Assembly (NCBI GenBank): GCA_964016885.1
Contig: OZ024743.1
Location: forward strand, 254,076,001 to 254,140,000
DNA from: Eledone cirrhosa
Taxonomy: Eukaryota
DNA: 64,000 nucleotides
Direction: 5' to 3'
Made by a program: the position numbers and the translations under genes. Under the pieces are notes generated by a model. It was not told the DNA's origin. It worked only from the letters and a program-made list of their open reading frames with translations, and searched no databases. Shown piece after piece: positions 12,915-25,220 of the stretch (its first letter is position 1; each line of letters begins with the position of its first letter).

Positions 12915-13185
12915 CTGTCTTAAGCCAGAAGGGTCATTTGGCTGGTGCTTATCCCGGTTTCATGGCTTGAAGCGACAGAGAGTACAAGACTTCGCCCTGG
13001 ACAGGACGCCAGTCCATCGCAGGGTTAAACCTCCAGCTATTGTTGGTACGCATTTTCAGCTGAGTATAATGGAGCAACGTAAAATGAAGTGTTTTGCTCA
13101 AGAACACAACACGCAACCCAGGGATCAAGCCCACGACATTATGATCGTAAGTCCAACACCCTTACCACTAGGCCACGTGCCTCCA
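12915..13185 (-). mobile_element. tRNA-derived SINE with a CORE-like central domain
   Basis: Minus head ggaggcacgtggcctagtggtaagg (A box), then ttgagcaaaacacttcattttacgttgctcc. Related copies at 58360-58505 and 41900-42000. Confidence 0.7.
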
Positions 13186-13799
13186 CATATACTTATATAT
13201 ATATATATAGGTATATTTATTTAAAACCCAACAGAAGGCCAGCAATTTTCTTTTAATGTTGCTAAATCACGATTTATATTTCTGTTGGAGGGTTGTACCA
13301 TCAGTTCATGAAGTATGACTTTGGTGTCATCATCGGCTATAATTTGCAAATATTAGGTAATCATAACAAGATTATGGCAAACATAAACAGAGAATAGACT
13401 TGATTTGGAGACAGCCCACCAATTTGGTGTTATTGTTGTGGCAAAGCGTCTTTGGGGATAGTTCACCGCAACACACACATATATATATATATATATATAC
13501 ATATACAGACATATGCATATATATGTATATATATATAATGGAATTATACGAAAAAATATGTTCCCTTGGCCTGGAGGACCAACTATTCAACCTCACTTAA
13601 AAAGGATTTCCCAATACCTTAGCAGTCCAACTAAAAAGAGATGAAATAAACTATCAGGCACAGTTTTTAAAAAATAAGTACTAGAATATGATCAACTATA
13701 TCCCTTTAAGGCAGTGCCCCAGTATGGTCACAGTCTTGTCAGAGAGCAGCAAATAATTAAATGAAAAAATAACGAAGAAAACCATTATATTTATAGTGG

Positions 13800-13985
13800 T
13801 TTGGCAGTATGGGTAGAGGGTCGGACGCCATGATTTCTAGCATAGTTACGTCCCTTTACAGTCTGAGTTCAAATCCCGCCGAGGTTAACTTTGCCTTTCA
13901 TCCTTATGGGGTCGATAAAATAAAGTACCAGTAATGTACTGGGTAATTTCTGGCCTTGTGCCTAAAGTAGAAAAAAAAATTATAT
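13800..13985 (+). mobile_element. tRNA-derived SINE
   Basis: tggcagtatgggtag (A-box-like), gagttcaaatccc (B box), conserved gcctttcatccttatggggtcgataaaataaagtaccag, and a 3' end ggccttgtgcc followed by an A/T tail. Confidence 0.8.
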
Positions 13986-14236
13986 TTATAACAACTACTA
14001 GAAAATAATTGTCGGTTGTTTCTGTTGGTAACGTCAGTGGTGATAAACTATGGTAGATGTATATTTCTATATGCTATGGGGATAGGCTTCATTATCACTT
14101 TGACATCTCCATCACACCTACGTGTGTATTTTAATTGCAAATAGCCAGAAACATTCCTCTTAGCAAGAGTTTTTCTCTTTAACGTTCATACTGCAATGTA
14201 AATAAGTAATATATTCGCACCTAACAACCTAACACT

Positions 14237-14285
<49 letters not shown>

Positions 14286-16247
14286 ATGTATATGTATATG
14301 TGTGTGTATACAAACACACACATATAGAAATATCTATATATGCATATATATATATAATGTGTGTATAAAACAGTCAGCGTTTTTATGTCCATACATATAT
14401 CTATTTAAAAATATATATGATGTGTGCATCAGTGTGTATATATATATGTATGTAGTATTACATTTCATTTTATAATTATGATACAGTGCAGTGTTAATGT
14501 TAATAACTTAATACATAAGCTTACAGACAGTTGCAACAATAACAATCACTCTTATTTCATAGACATATTTGCCACATTTACAGAGACCAACTGTTGCCAA
14601 ATCTAACACTCCACCACCATCAACCGCACCACCCTAGACACATCCTTTCTAGCATTACACCATCATTAATACAACTGCGGCCACCACCAGACCGTCACAA
14701 GTAATACAGCTACTAGCACCTCATATTACAGCCAAAACAGACACTTCTAATCTTACCTCCACATACCACAACCACACCACACCACATCACACAACACACA
14801 CACAAAAATCTTTATTACAGCCGGCACCACCAGACCGTCAAAGGCACTTTAAGTGCTTCCCTATCCATTATCACTATTGCAGTTTTCCTATCATAAAGAC
14901 CATCATCACCTTTCCAATTATTACAATCTACTAGCCCGTCGTCTCCATATAACCAGCGCTCTTGTCCTACCATCACCTCTAAATACTCCATCATTTATGC
15001 ATTACAAAGCTCATCACTAACTCACCAGCTATATATCAACCCTATTAATTCCAGCACCTCAACCACCAGCTGTAGCCAACCAACCAAATAGACAGATAAA
15101 CCGCAGTAGCAGGTAAAAATAAATTGTTTGATCTGTCCAAACCAAACCAATATGGTGTGGATACTGTCAGTAGAGACATGGTTTTCATAATTTATCATAT
15201 AAGCATGCGTGTGGCAATATGGTTAAGGAGTTTGCTTCACAACCACATGGTTTCACATTCAGTTTCACCTTAGCGGATCTCTTTCTCTCTCTCTATATAT
15301 ATATATACAGTATATGTGTGTATATATATATTTATATATATATACGTGTATGATCATCATCTTCTTTCCCTGCTAGCAAGAGTTGGATGGCTCTTTATAG
15401 ACCAAGTCAGAACTGAAGAGGAGCCACTGATGTCCCAAGCAAACCAGGGATCTATGTCTCGTTTATGTATTGTCTCATATTCCATCAAGTGCTCAGTGGA
15501 GGTTGTCATGCCTTCGACATAACTGAGGGTCCTCTAAACCCTTTGTTTGGCAAGATGTCTATGGCTGGATGCCCATCCTATGCCCAACAACATTAGAGTG
15601 TGTACTAGGTACTTTTATCATGTAAATCACAAACATTAGGGAAGTTGTCATGCCCTTGACATGATTGGGGGGGGGGGTCCTCCTGACACTTTGTCGGGTA
15701 AGTTTTCTATAGCTGGATACATTTCCTATCTTCAAAAACTTTACACTGTGCACTGAGTGCGTATATTGTGTAGATTACCAACACTAGTTTGGCTGTTATT
15801 TTCATAACCAGACTGAAGTTTGCTCCCAGCATTTGTTTGTTTGCTTGGAAAGCTTGCTATGGCTGGAAGCCCTTCCTATCACTAACCACTTCATTTTAAG
15901 CTGCTGGTCAGGCCTTCTTCAGCACTGCATAGTGCAAGCCCTCACACTCTTTAGTCATTTGTGTTGTAAGGTTTAGCTTTCTAAGCCCAGCCCTTACAAA
16001 TGTATTCTATATCTTCCTGGGTCTGCCTCTTCCATGGGTCCCAACCACTGGGGTTTCTTTACATTTTTGTATGCACTTGCCACCTTCCATGCACAACACA
16101 TGACCATACCAATGCAGATTCTTTCTTACACACTACAACCGATTCATCTTATGCCAAGTTTTTCCATCAGTTTGCTAATGCTAAGGGATGTATGTATGTG
16201 GGTGTGTGTATATATATATATATACACACACACATGCATACACACAA

Positions 16248-16319
<72 letters not shown>

Positions 16320-16689
16320 TAGCAGAGTAGCCCATTCTTTCTGGATAATTTTCACCATAGAGTTCATATGCAACCAGTGCTTTTAGAAAACAACACTATA
16401 CTTCATCAAAGAGCATATCAAAAAATTGAAATTACAGAACTAGACCTTATTCCATCGTTATGATTTTCTGTTTTTTCTGTTCAAATTCTAGCTGACTGAT
16501 TGTAGCTGTTACATAAAGGTTATCACCGAAATATATATAACACCAAATATGAATAAAGTAAATTTTAACCTGTTCATTTACACTTTTTGTTTTTAAATTA
16601 TTCTGGAGTAAACAGACCCACCTGTGCACTTCTTTGAGTGCTCTACCCTGCACACTGAAGTGTCGGTAATTAACTAACACGTACTCAAA

Positions 16690-16805
<116 letters not shown>

Positions 16806-17380
16806 CATACACAGTCTCAGGTAGTTGTTCTTTTTACTTTTATTTCTTTTTCTTTTTCTACTTCAGGGATAGTAGTGTGAAAATATTCACATCTATATTT
16901 AAATTAGTATCTTGTAATCATAATAGTTGTTGATTGGTATTTTCTGGACAGTCTAAATCATCTAGAAAATAATTCTTTAGTTTATTGTTGTTGCTTCATG
17001 GTCCCGATAGACTAAACAGAATATGTGTTACCCCAAATATATGCTATATTCTATTTAGTTCATTGATTTCAAAGTATTTGGAAATCTCATCATGGTTTAG
17101 ATATTATATTTTCTAATCCTATTCTGTTACTGGTTTTAGTCATTAAACTGCAGGCACTAGTTACACAACTTTCAAGGATTTAGTCGAGTATATTGAGCCT
17201 TGTACTTATTTATAAGTCTGGTATCAATGGATGGAATGAGTGCTAGTGATTAGGCCATTGGACATCATGCTGCTGGTCCCATATTAGAATATTGTGTTCT
17301 TGAGAGAAAATCTTTCATTTGAAAACAACAAATTCTATTTTCATATTCTCGCTATTATTATTATTATTATTGAGGGCGAT

Positions 17381-17892
17381 TGGAGGGCTGTATTGGTAGA
17401 GTGTCATATTTGCTCTGGCACTTTACATTCTGAAATCAAATCCTGCCAACGTCAAATTTGCGTTTCATCAATCCAATATTAATAAAATAAGTACCAGTCA
17501 AGTGCTGGGGCTGGTACTATCGACTTTCTCATTTCCCAAAATTGTTGGCCTTGTGCCAATGTTAAAAATGGTGATAGATTGGCAGTATCGATAGAGTATC
17601 AGACAACATGCTAAATGGCATGTAGTTACAGTTCTTTACATTCAGAGTTCAAATCCTGCCAAGGTTAACTTTTTTTTCATCCTTATGGGGTTGATAAAAT
17701 AAAATACCAGTAATGCACTAAAGTCGATTTGTTCGACCTTTCCTGCCCCTCCTTCCAAATTGTTGGACTTATGCCTAAATCAGAAGCCATTGTCAACTTT
17801 GCCTTTCATCCCTACGGGGTCGATAAAATAAAGTACCAGTAATGTACTGGGTAATTGCTGGCCTTGTGCCAAACGTAGAACCAATTATTATT
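17381..17892 (+). mobile_element. Cluster of three tandem or partial copies of the same SINE
   Basis: Repeated gttcaaatcctgcc, tttcatcc...gataaaataaa..accag and ggccttgtgcc at about 17440-17560, 17580-17790 and 17791-17892. Confidence 0.7.
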
Positions 17893-18384
17893 TATCTATT
17901 TTATTTATCTAAATGTTTGTTTGTTTATTTCCGTTGTGGATATCTGAAGAATTAGAAGTGTAAAAGGACAGCAAGAATTAGCAGTAAAAAGTCTTAATTG
18001 TTGCCCCAGACCATTTAATATCTGTAATTAGTTTCTCTATACATTGGGAAGAAACTTCAGGAGGAAGAGAAATAAAATATACATAAAATAATTATCAGAT
18101 AAAAGAAAAGAAGGAGAAATAAGTGGTTCTTCATGAGAGTAACAAAAACAATAAATAACAAAGGACAAATGAATTAAATGTAAATAGCTTAGCAATATCA
18201 TATACAATAATACGGATGATATAATAACAATAATAATAATAATATTAATTATAATCAATGTGGTGTGTTAACTGGCTTACCAATGTATACAGTGAATTTA
18301 TTTGCCGTAGGTGTCAGGAAGACACTCGGCATAGCTGAGAATCAATACTGAAGGAAAAAAAAAACAATGACAATAATAATAATA

Positions 18385-18563
18385 ATTGTTTCTAGTTTTG
18401 GAACAAGGCCAGCAATTACCCACTGTATTACTGATACTTTATTTTATCGACCCCCCGTAAGGATGAAAGGCAAAGTTAACCTCAGCGGGATTTGAACTCA
18501 GACAGTGAAGAGACGTAACTATGCTAGAAAGCATGGCGTCCAAACCTCTACCGATACTGCCAA
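18385..18563 (-). mobile_element. tRNA-derived SINE in (AAT)n
   Basis: Reverse complement of 13800-13985, flanked by aataat on both sides. Confidence 0.8.
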
Positions 18564-18573
18564 AATAATAATA

Positions 18574-19329
18574 AGCTACAGAACGAATGCTAATGGCTGC
18601 GCAAGAGCAATTCCTCAGGACGAAGTGGGTGAGACACCATATTGACAAGGAGGAGGCTAGCTCACTGTGTAGGATCTGTGGAGAGAGAGACAGGAGACTG
18701 TGGTTCACATTGCATCCGAGTGTAAACACCTAGCCCAGACTAACTATAAAGGCTGGAGACATGATATGATAGGAAAGGTGATTCACTGGCATCTATGCAA
18801 ACTAAACAATTTACCACATCCTGAGAAGTGGTATGAGCATAAACCAGAGTCAGTAATAGAAAACGATCAAGAGAAGGTGCTATGGGATTTTAGGATACAG
18901 ACGGACAAGAAACTGGAACACAATAGACCTGACCTGGTGGTTTTGGACAAGGAAAAAATATTGTGCCTGATTGTAGATGTAGCCTGCCAATTTGACAGGA
19001 AAGTGCAAGAAAAGGAGAGGGAGAAAATTAACTGATACCAGGATTTAAAGTGGGAGTTTAAAAGGATTTGGAACTGCCATGAGATCAAGGTCGTCCCGAT
19101 TGTAATAGGAGCACTAGGTACTATCTCAAGGGTTTTCAATGATGGTTAAAGAAGATTAGTCCAGCCACGTTTTTGGAAAGCTTCAAAAGGAATGCTTGCT
19201 GGAACATCAAGAACCCCCCGATACGTCCTGAATGTCTGAGGCTGCAGGTAGCAGCCTGATATTCATTTCAACAAACTTTCCAGTTAAATGACATCAATGA
19301 CTGAGACTCAAAGAACAACAACAATCAAC

Positions 19330-19330
<1 letters not shown>
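18574..19330 (+). mobile_element. Dong/R4-clade LINE 3' fragment (CCHC knuckle and restriction-like endonuclease)
   Basis: AAQEQ..T, CRICG..ETVVHIASEC, RHD, LWDFRIQTDKKLEHNRPDLVV, IVDVAC. Ends in (AAT)n. Confidence 0.85.
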
Positions 19331-19383
<53 letters not shown>

Positions 19384-22300
19384 TTCATTTATTGGCCACA
19401 AGGGCCGACATATAGAGGACAATACAAAAGACTGGGACAGTGGGGTTTTACAGAAAAATCGAGTAAACAATATGAATAAACAAAGTAACAATAAAGTAAC
19501 AAGAAAATTACAAGAAAAAATTCCCCAATAGGGGGGATGACCACCTAGGGTTCGCTCAGTACCCCACCAATCCTGAACGACCCGACGCTTCGAGAGCACC
19601 CTGGAAGGGCACCCCTCTCCTCTTCAAATTTACCTACCTACAGCCGCATGACAAGAGTAGGCCCACTCACACAGGCCATTCTCGCCACATTCATCCACCT
19701 TTCAGCAAATGTACTAGGGGGCAGCACTTCTCTCTCCACCCTCACCTTCCTTTCAAAGTGAAACTTGAAAAAGTTGATGAGGGATTGGCCAAAGATAAAA
19801 GTGTCTGTCGTCAGTCCTTTCAACCTCGTCCACCATACAAACTCTTTCGCTACTGCCACCAGACAGAGGAAAATTGCCTGCCCTTCCTGGCCAAAAGAAG
19901 GCGGCGGACGATCTTCACTATGGACTCGTTCTACACGCGACAACAGCTGTTCAACATAACTCCACAAGTCAGTAATGCACAGACACTGGACGAGTGCGTG
20001 CAGAACGGTTTCGTCGCTCTGCGCGCATCTCGGGCAGGTCCGTCTGACAGCACTTCCGTGCCTGTAGAGTTTATCTCGAACCGGCAGTGCCTCCCGGTAG
20101 CACTGCCATGCGAAGGATTTTTGGAAATTATCCATCGTCCCCGGCTCGAAAGTCCTCCGGTACAGACTTGTTAGTTCGACTTCGTTGACACCCGGAGCCT
20201 CTCCGAGTGCGTCGTCGCACTTGCCCACCACTAATCCTCTATAGAACTCGAGAGTTGAAGTTCCACTGATCGCATTGCCCGCCTGGTAGAGGGCAGTGAG
20301 TGCCTGGCAACATTCCAGATGCCAGTCACTCAGTCTCGGTCTCTTCTTGACTCAGGACTGCAACTCAGTCAAAGAAACGAGCTGTGGAAAGGCCCGTCTG
20401 ACAAACTGCGACCACACCCGTTCACCGTTTAGGCAGAATATCTGGAGATGCCGCAGCCTCAGCGCGTGCCTGCGCATCATTAGCCACAGCATACCCAGCC
20501 CTCCACCTAGAGGGTGCTGGCAGCAGATGGACCGCCTCACCAGCGGAACCTGACCCCTCCACAAGAATTTGAAGAGGAGCCGCTCCAAGATGGCGAGGCG
20601 CGAACGGGGGCAATGGACGACAGTCAGACGGTAGTAGATGACGGACGCGATGTACGCGTTCGCCACCTCCACCCGACCTTTCAGTGATAGCTTCATCCCA
20701 GCCCATTTCTGGGTGAGATTGACTACCCTGCCCGTCACCTCGTCCCAATTCTTATCCACCTGGAGGTCTGGCCCGAACCAAACCCCTAGCAACTTTACCG
20801 GTCCGTCCGTCCAGCGCCTAACGACGCTGTTGGACGGCATGGGCTTACCTCTCCAGGTGCCGAGTTGCAAGCCTACTTACTTTTCCGGGTTAAGTTTTGC
20901 TCCCGTCAACCTTTCATATTCCTCCAATAAGTTGCCGACCACCTCGATTTCTGAGGTGTCCGACACCATCACGGTGATGTCGTCCGCATAAGCCGACAGA
21001 GCCTTTCCGCGTCCCGGTTCGAGCGGGATGCCCTGCAACAGCTCCAGCTTCCGCAGTAAAGGCTCGAGAGTCAATACGTACAGAAGGGAGGAGAGAGGGC
21101 ACCCTTGACGGACCGATCGGGAGACCTGAAACGGTTCCGAGAGGTGGCCATTAATTTTGAACATCAAGCAGGTGCCGCTGTGCATTGCAGGGATCCAGCT
21201 TCTGAAGACGGGGCCGAAGCCAGCCGCCTTGAGGACAGCCTCCAGGTACCGATGGTCAACCCTATCGAATGCTTTCGATTGATCTAAATTGATCAGAGTC
21301 CCACCGAAGCCAGGTTTACACCCTACCCTCTCTATGATGTATCGCATTAGGTGGACGTTGTCATGTATGGACCTGGTTGGGATTGCGCAAGTTTGCGCCT
21401 CCCCAACCAAATCCCAGACGACAAGCGCCAACCTCTTCGCTAACACCCTGGCCAAAATCTTAAACTCTGTGTTGAGCAGAGTTATGGGCCTGAAATTGTC
21501 TAATGTGTCCCTCTTGTTCTCGTCTTTCGTTATCAGCGTCACTACGCCCCGGCTCACAGAACTGGGAATACTCCCGTTTTGCTGCCAGTTGCAGTAGAGG
21601 GGTTGGCGAAAGTCCTCACACATCCACTTGGAATCTCTCAGCTGATGCCCGTCTCGGTCCGTCAAAGACCGAATCGTGGTTTTATTACCACGCTGCGCCT
21701 CTGCCACGACGGCCCATCGAACAGCTTTGGTTCTCTCGTTTCTCAGAGCACGCGCCTTAGCTCTGACAATGCAACCTTCGTGTTTCGCATTGAAGAAATG
21801 GTCTGATGCCATTCTCGCCGCTAGCACATCAGTTGCAATGCCATTACCAATAGCCTCGTCTAACTTATCTACCAACTCCCCTCCATTCTATTTTTCTCTA
21901 ATGCTACTTCTTTGCTAAATTCTATCGACATTACTCTAATCTCTCTTTTGAGAGCCCCCCACCATCTACTGTTGACGACTCCCCCTGTCAACTTTTTCTT
22001 AACTAAATTGTTGACCTGGTCCCTGTAAGCCTTACGTGCCGGAAATGACATGTTTAGCTTCCAGTAACCAGGTCCTAACCTACGCGTCTTATCTAGGTCG
22101 ACCATACAGATCACAGACTTGTGATCTGAATAGGCGACCGTTTCAAAACGTGGACAGCTTACACTATTTCTGTCTATTTTCCTAATGAATATCCTGTCTA
22201 TATACGATCTAGATGACCCTATGCGGTTAGCCCAGGTCCACACTGGCGCATTAGGGAAATCTAGTCGGCACCTGTCAGACAGTTGGAACTGGCTGATCAG

Positions 22301-25007
22301 GTTCTTGAGGCTTTTGCACCCCCCGCTCCTATCGGATACTCCCACACAGTCCCAGCGTACGTCTAAGATACCGTTCCAGTCCCCCGCAAACAGTAAAGAG
22401 CGAGACGTACCCAGAAAGGCTTCCAGGCGTCTAAAGAAGTCCGGCCGTCTTGCCCCAGTAGGAGCATAGACGGCCACCAGTCTAAAGGCACCACCTTCAT
22501 TATTGTTCACGTCCAGGACCACCAACTTCCCGTCCGGGTCCCGGAAGATCGACCTTACCTCGAGATCCAGGTCTTTCCTAAACAGCACTGCCACCCCACC
22601 TCCCATTCCCAGCCGGCTGACAGATGCAAAGATCTGATAGTCGTCGAAAATGGGGGCTAGTGTGCGCGTGTCGGAAATCCTGGTCTCGCTGACTGCAATT
22701 ACATCCATTTCTATAGACCTGAGGTCGTTGACCAGGTGACCCTGCTTCCAGGACGATCCCAGGCCTCGAACATTTAAACATCCTACACTTAATACGGCCA
22801 TGTTGGCAGGTTAAACAGAGAGAGAGGAAGGTTTACTTACCTTCCGGGCTCTTGTGAAGGTCGGGTTGTTCGACCTCCATAGTTAGTGGGGTTTCTTTTG
22901 GGAACCCCTTTAAAAGTATTGAAGTATGTTTTACGTTCGGGGTTCCCACGTCCCGAGGAAAGCTGTCTCGTATTTCTTTGAATATATCGAGCGACATTCG
23001 CACCAGAACCAAATCTTCTGGCACGCGAAATGTGCTTGATTTAAAAATTCCCCCCTCTTTTTGTATATTTTCACTTCGTGCTACGAGGGCCATCAGTTCC
23101 TTGTTGGCCCTCCTGACGAGCACGAAGTTTTGTATGTTTTGTTGGTGTGATTTTATTTCTTTGCGTGGCTGTGGTGGTGATGGTTTTGGTGGTGTTGTTT
23201 CGGTTGTATCTGTGTTTGTTGTGAGTGCGGTGTCTGTGGTTTCAGATGTTTGTGTGTATATTTGTTCTTGCGTCTGTTTCGGTTGTTTGCGTTTGGGGGA
23301 TTCTGGTGATGGTGATGGTGGTGTTGATGTTGGTGTTATTGGAGAGATGTTTGCGTGGGTGGTGTCTGCGTTTTTTATTGCGGGTGCTTTCGTGCTTTGT
23401 TAGTTTTTTTTTTCTTTTTGTGTTTCCTTTTTTGTATTTTGGGGGATTTTGGATTTCCCTCATTTTCACTACTGGTAGATGAGGGGTCTGTGTATGTAAG
23501 TGTGTCTGTATGTATGTTTTAGGTTTTATTGGTGTGTGTATTTTGGGGGGGAGGTGGAATTTGACAGCTTTCCTCGTTTCCCCCCTGGGTGGTCAATGTT
23601 GGTGGTGGTCATTCTATTGGTGTTGTTGTTGGTGGTTTTGCCGGTGCAGGTGTTGGTTGTGGTCCTCGACCCGGCGTCGGCAGCAGTGGATCCTTTCGAC
23701 CCCTTGCCTCTTTCAGCAGTTGAGGGCAGAAGGCTCGCAAATGGGTTTTTTCCCCACAAACAAAACACTGCGGTCTTTTGCCTTCGGTCATAATGTGAAT
23801 GACAGCCCCCTTCTGAAGGCGGATGTGGTCTGGGATTGTCTTCACATTCTCGGGCCTGATCTGGAGAAGGATCTCCAGGTCAAACCCGGACCAGTCCTCT
23901 CTGGCCATTCTGGTCACTTCTATAGGGACTGTATCCGTCCCCTCCACCATCACACATCCCAGAAGCCACCACATGTCAAGTCCTGGTGGGATTCTGGGAA
24001 TGCGGAGATGGGCCGTTCTTTTTCCCATGTGGGAGGGGTACATTATGAACTTGCTGGTTTTGCAAGGAGTCATAGCGTGTTTCATAGCGAGGGCTTCTCA
24101 CTTGAACAACACCGAAATGGTGCCGTACTGTCTGCCCCTCTCTATGTACTGGGTGTCTTCTCTGATGCACCTCAGCGCGACATCGACATCTTCTTGTGGG
24201 ATTAACGCTGCCCTTTTGGTTTGTGCTGAGATGCATCTATAATGCACCGTTTTGCGCTCCACTGCCTCAATAGCTTCTACCGGGAGAGCTAAGTTGGCTC
24301 AATTTTGCTCTTGCTTGATGAGCTTCCATGCCTGGGCCAACTTTTCATCTTTGTTTGAGAGGTCCATGTTGAAGCATGGCCTCTTTTTTGCTGCTGCCGC
24401 AGCGAAAGTGGTCTTGTTTTCGTTGGGGCTGTTGTTGACATTGTTCTTGTTGGTGTTGCTGTTAGCACTGTCGCTGTTATCATTGTTGTCTTTGTTGCCA
24501 CCGTTGTTCTCGGTGCAGTTGGTATTGTTGCTGTTGGTGTTGTCGATATTTGTTTTCATGTTAGTGGTGTTGATATTGTTGTATTTGTTATTTTTTTTTT
24601 GTTATCTATATTTTCGTTGTCGCTGTTACTGTCATTTATTTCAAAATTAGAGTTCTTATTGGTATCATTGGTGTCCTTGTTTATCTTGTTTGAGGTGGTG
24701 TTTGTGCTATCAATGTGTGTTAATTTCGCTGTAGCGCTCCTCTCAACTTCTACGTCGTTATCGCACGACAGCCGATATATCGCTGGGGGGCGTGGCTCAG
24801 CCATGTTTTTTTTTCTTCGTAAATTTTTTAGCATGTAAAAAAAAGTTCAAATATTTGAGCCAAAAGGCCCAAATATTATACTTTCCCCTCCACGGGGCAA
24901 AGTCAAAGGGCTTATATCCCTTACACAACAAGAAATATTTAAAAACAAATTATTTAAACAGGCAAATAAAGCGACTTACTGTGAGCGAGCAAAATACGTC
25001 CGCTTAG
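19384..25007 (-). mobile_element. L1/Tx1-clade LINE copy 1, apparently full length but degenerate
   Basis: 5' end AAGCGGACGT at about 25005. N/T-rich ORF1 at 24834-22833 with a CFVCG...H..C knuckle. ORF2 APE at 22801-21869 (LNVRGL, SET, GDWN, SDH). RT at 21875-20352 (FRPITLLN, DQSKAFDRV, RQGCPLS, AYADD). Terminal CPRC..ETVLHALVQC. AATAAA then (ATT)n tail. Confidence 0.92.
19638..22801 (-). pseudogene. Tx1 ORF2 (APE, RT, CCHC) of copy 1, frameshifted
   Basis: Collinear ORFs 21869-22801, 20877-21875, 20352-20870 and 19638-20231. Confidence 0.85.
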
Positions 25008-25027
25008 ACCTATAATAATAATAATAA

Positions 25028-25203
25028 TTGTTTCTACATTAGGCACAAGGCCAGCAATTACCCAGTGCATTACTGGTACTTTATTTTATCGACCCCGTAA
25101 GGATGAAAGGCAAAGTCAACCTCGGCGGGATTTGAACTCACATCGTAAAGGGACGTAACTATGCTGGAAAGCATGGCGTCCGACCCTCTACCGATACTAC
25201 CAA
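25028..25203 (-). mobile_element. tRNA-derived SINE in (AAT)n between the two Tx1 elements
   Basis: Reverse complement of 13800-13985 with (AAT)n on both sides. Confidence 0.85.
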
Positions 25204-25220
25204 TAATAATAATAATAATA

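Noticed and set aside
13800-13880. tRNA genes
   Set aside because: A/B boxes are present but no cloverleaf can be built, and each continues into a SINE body.
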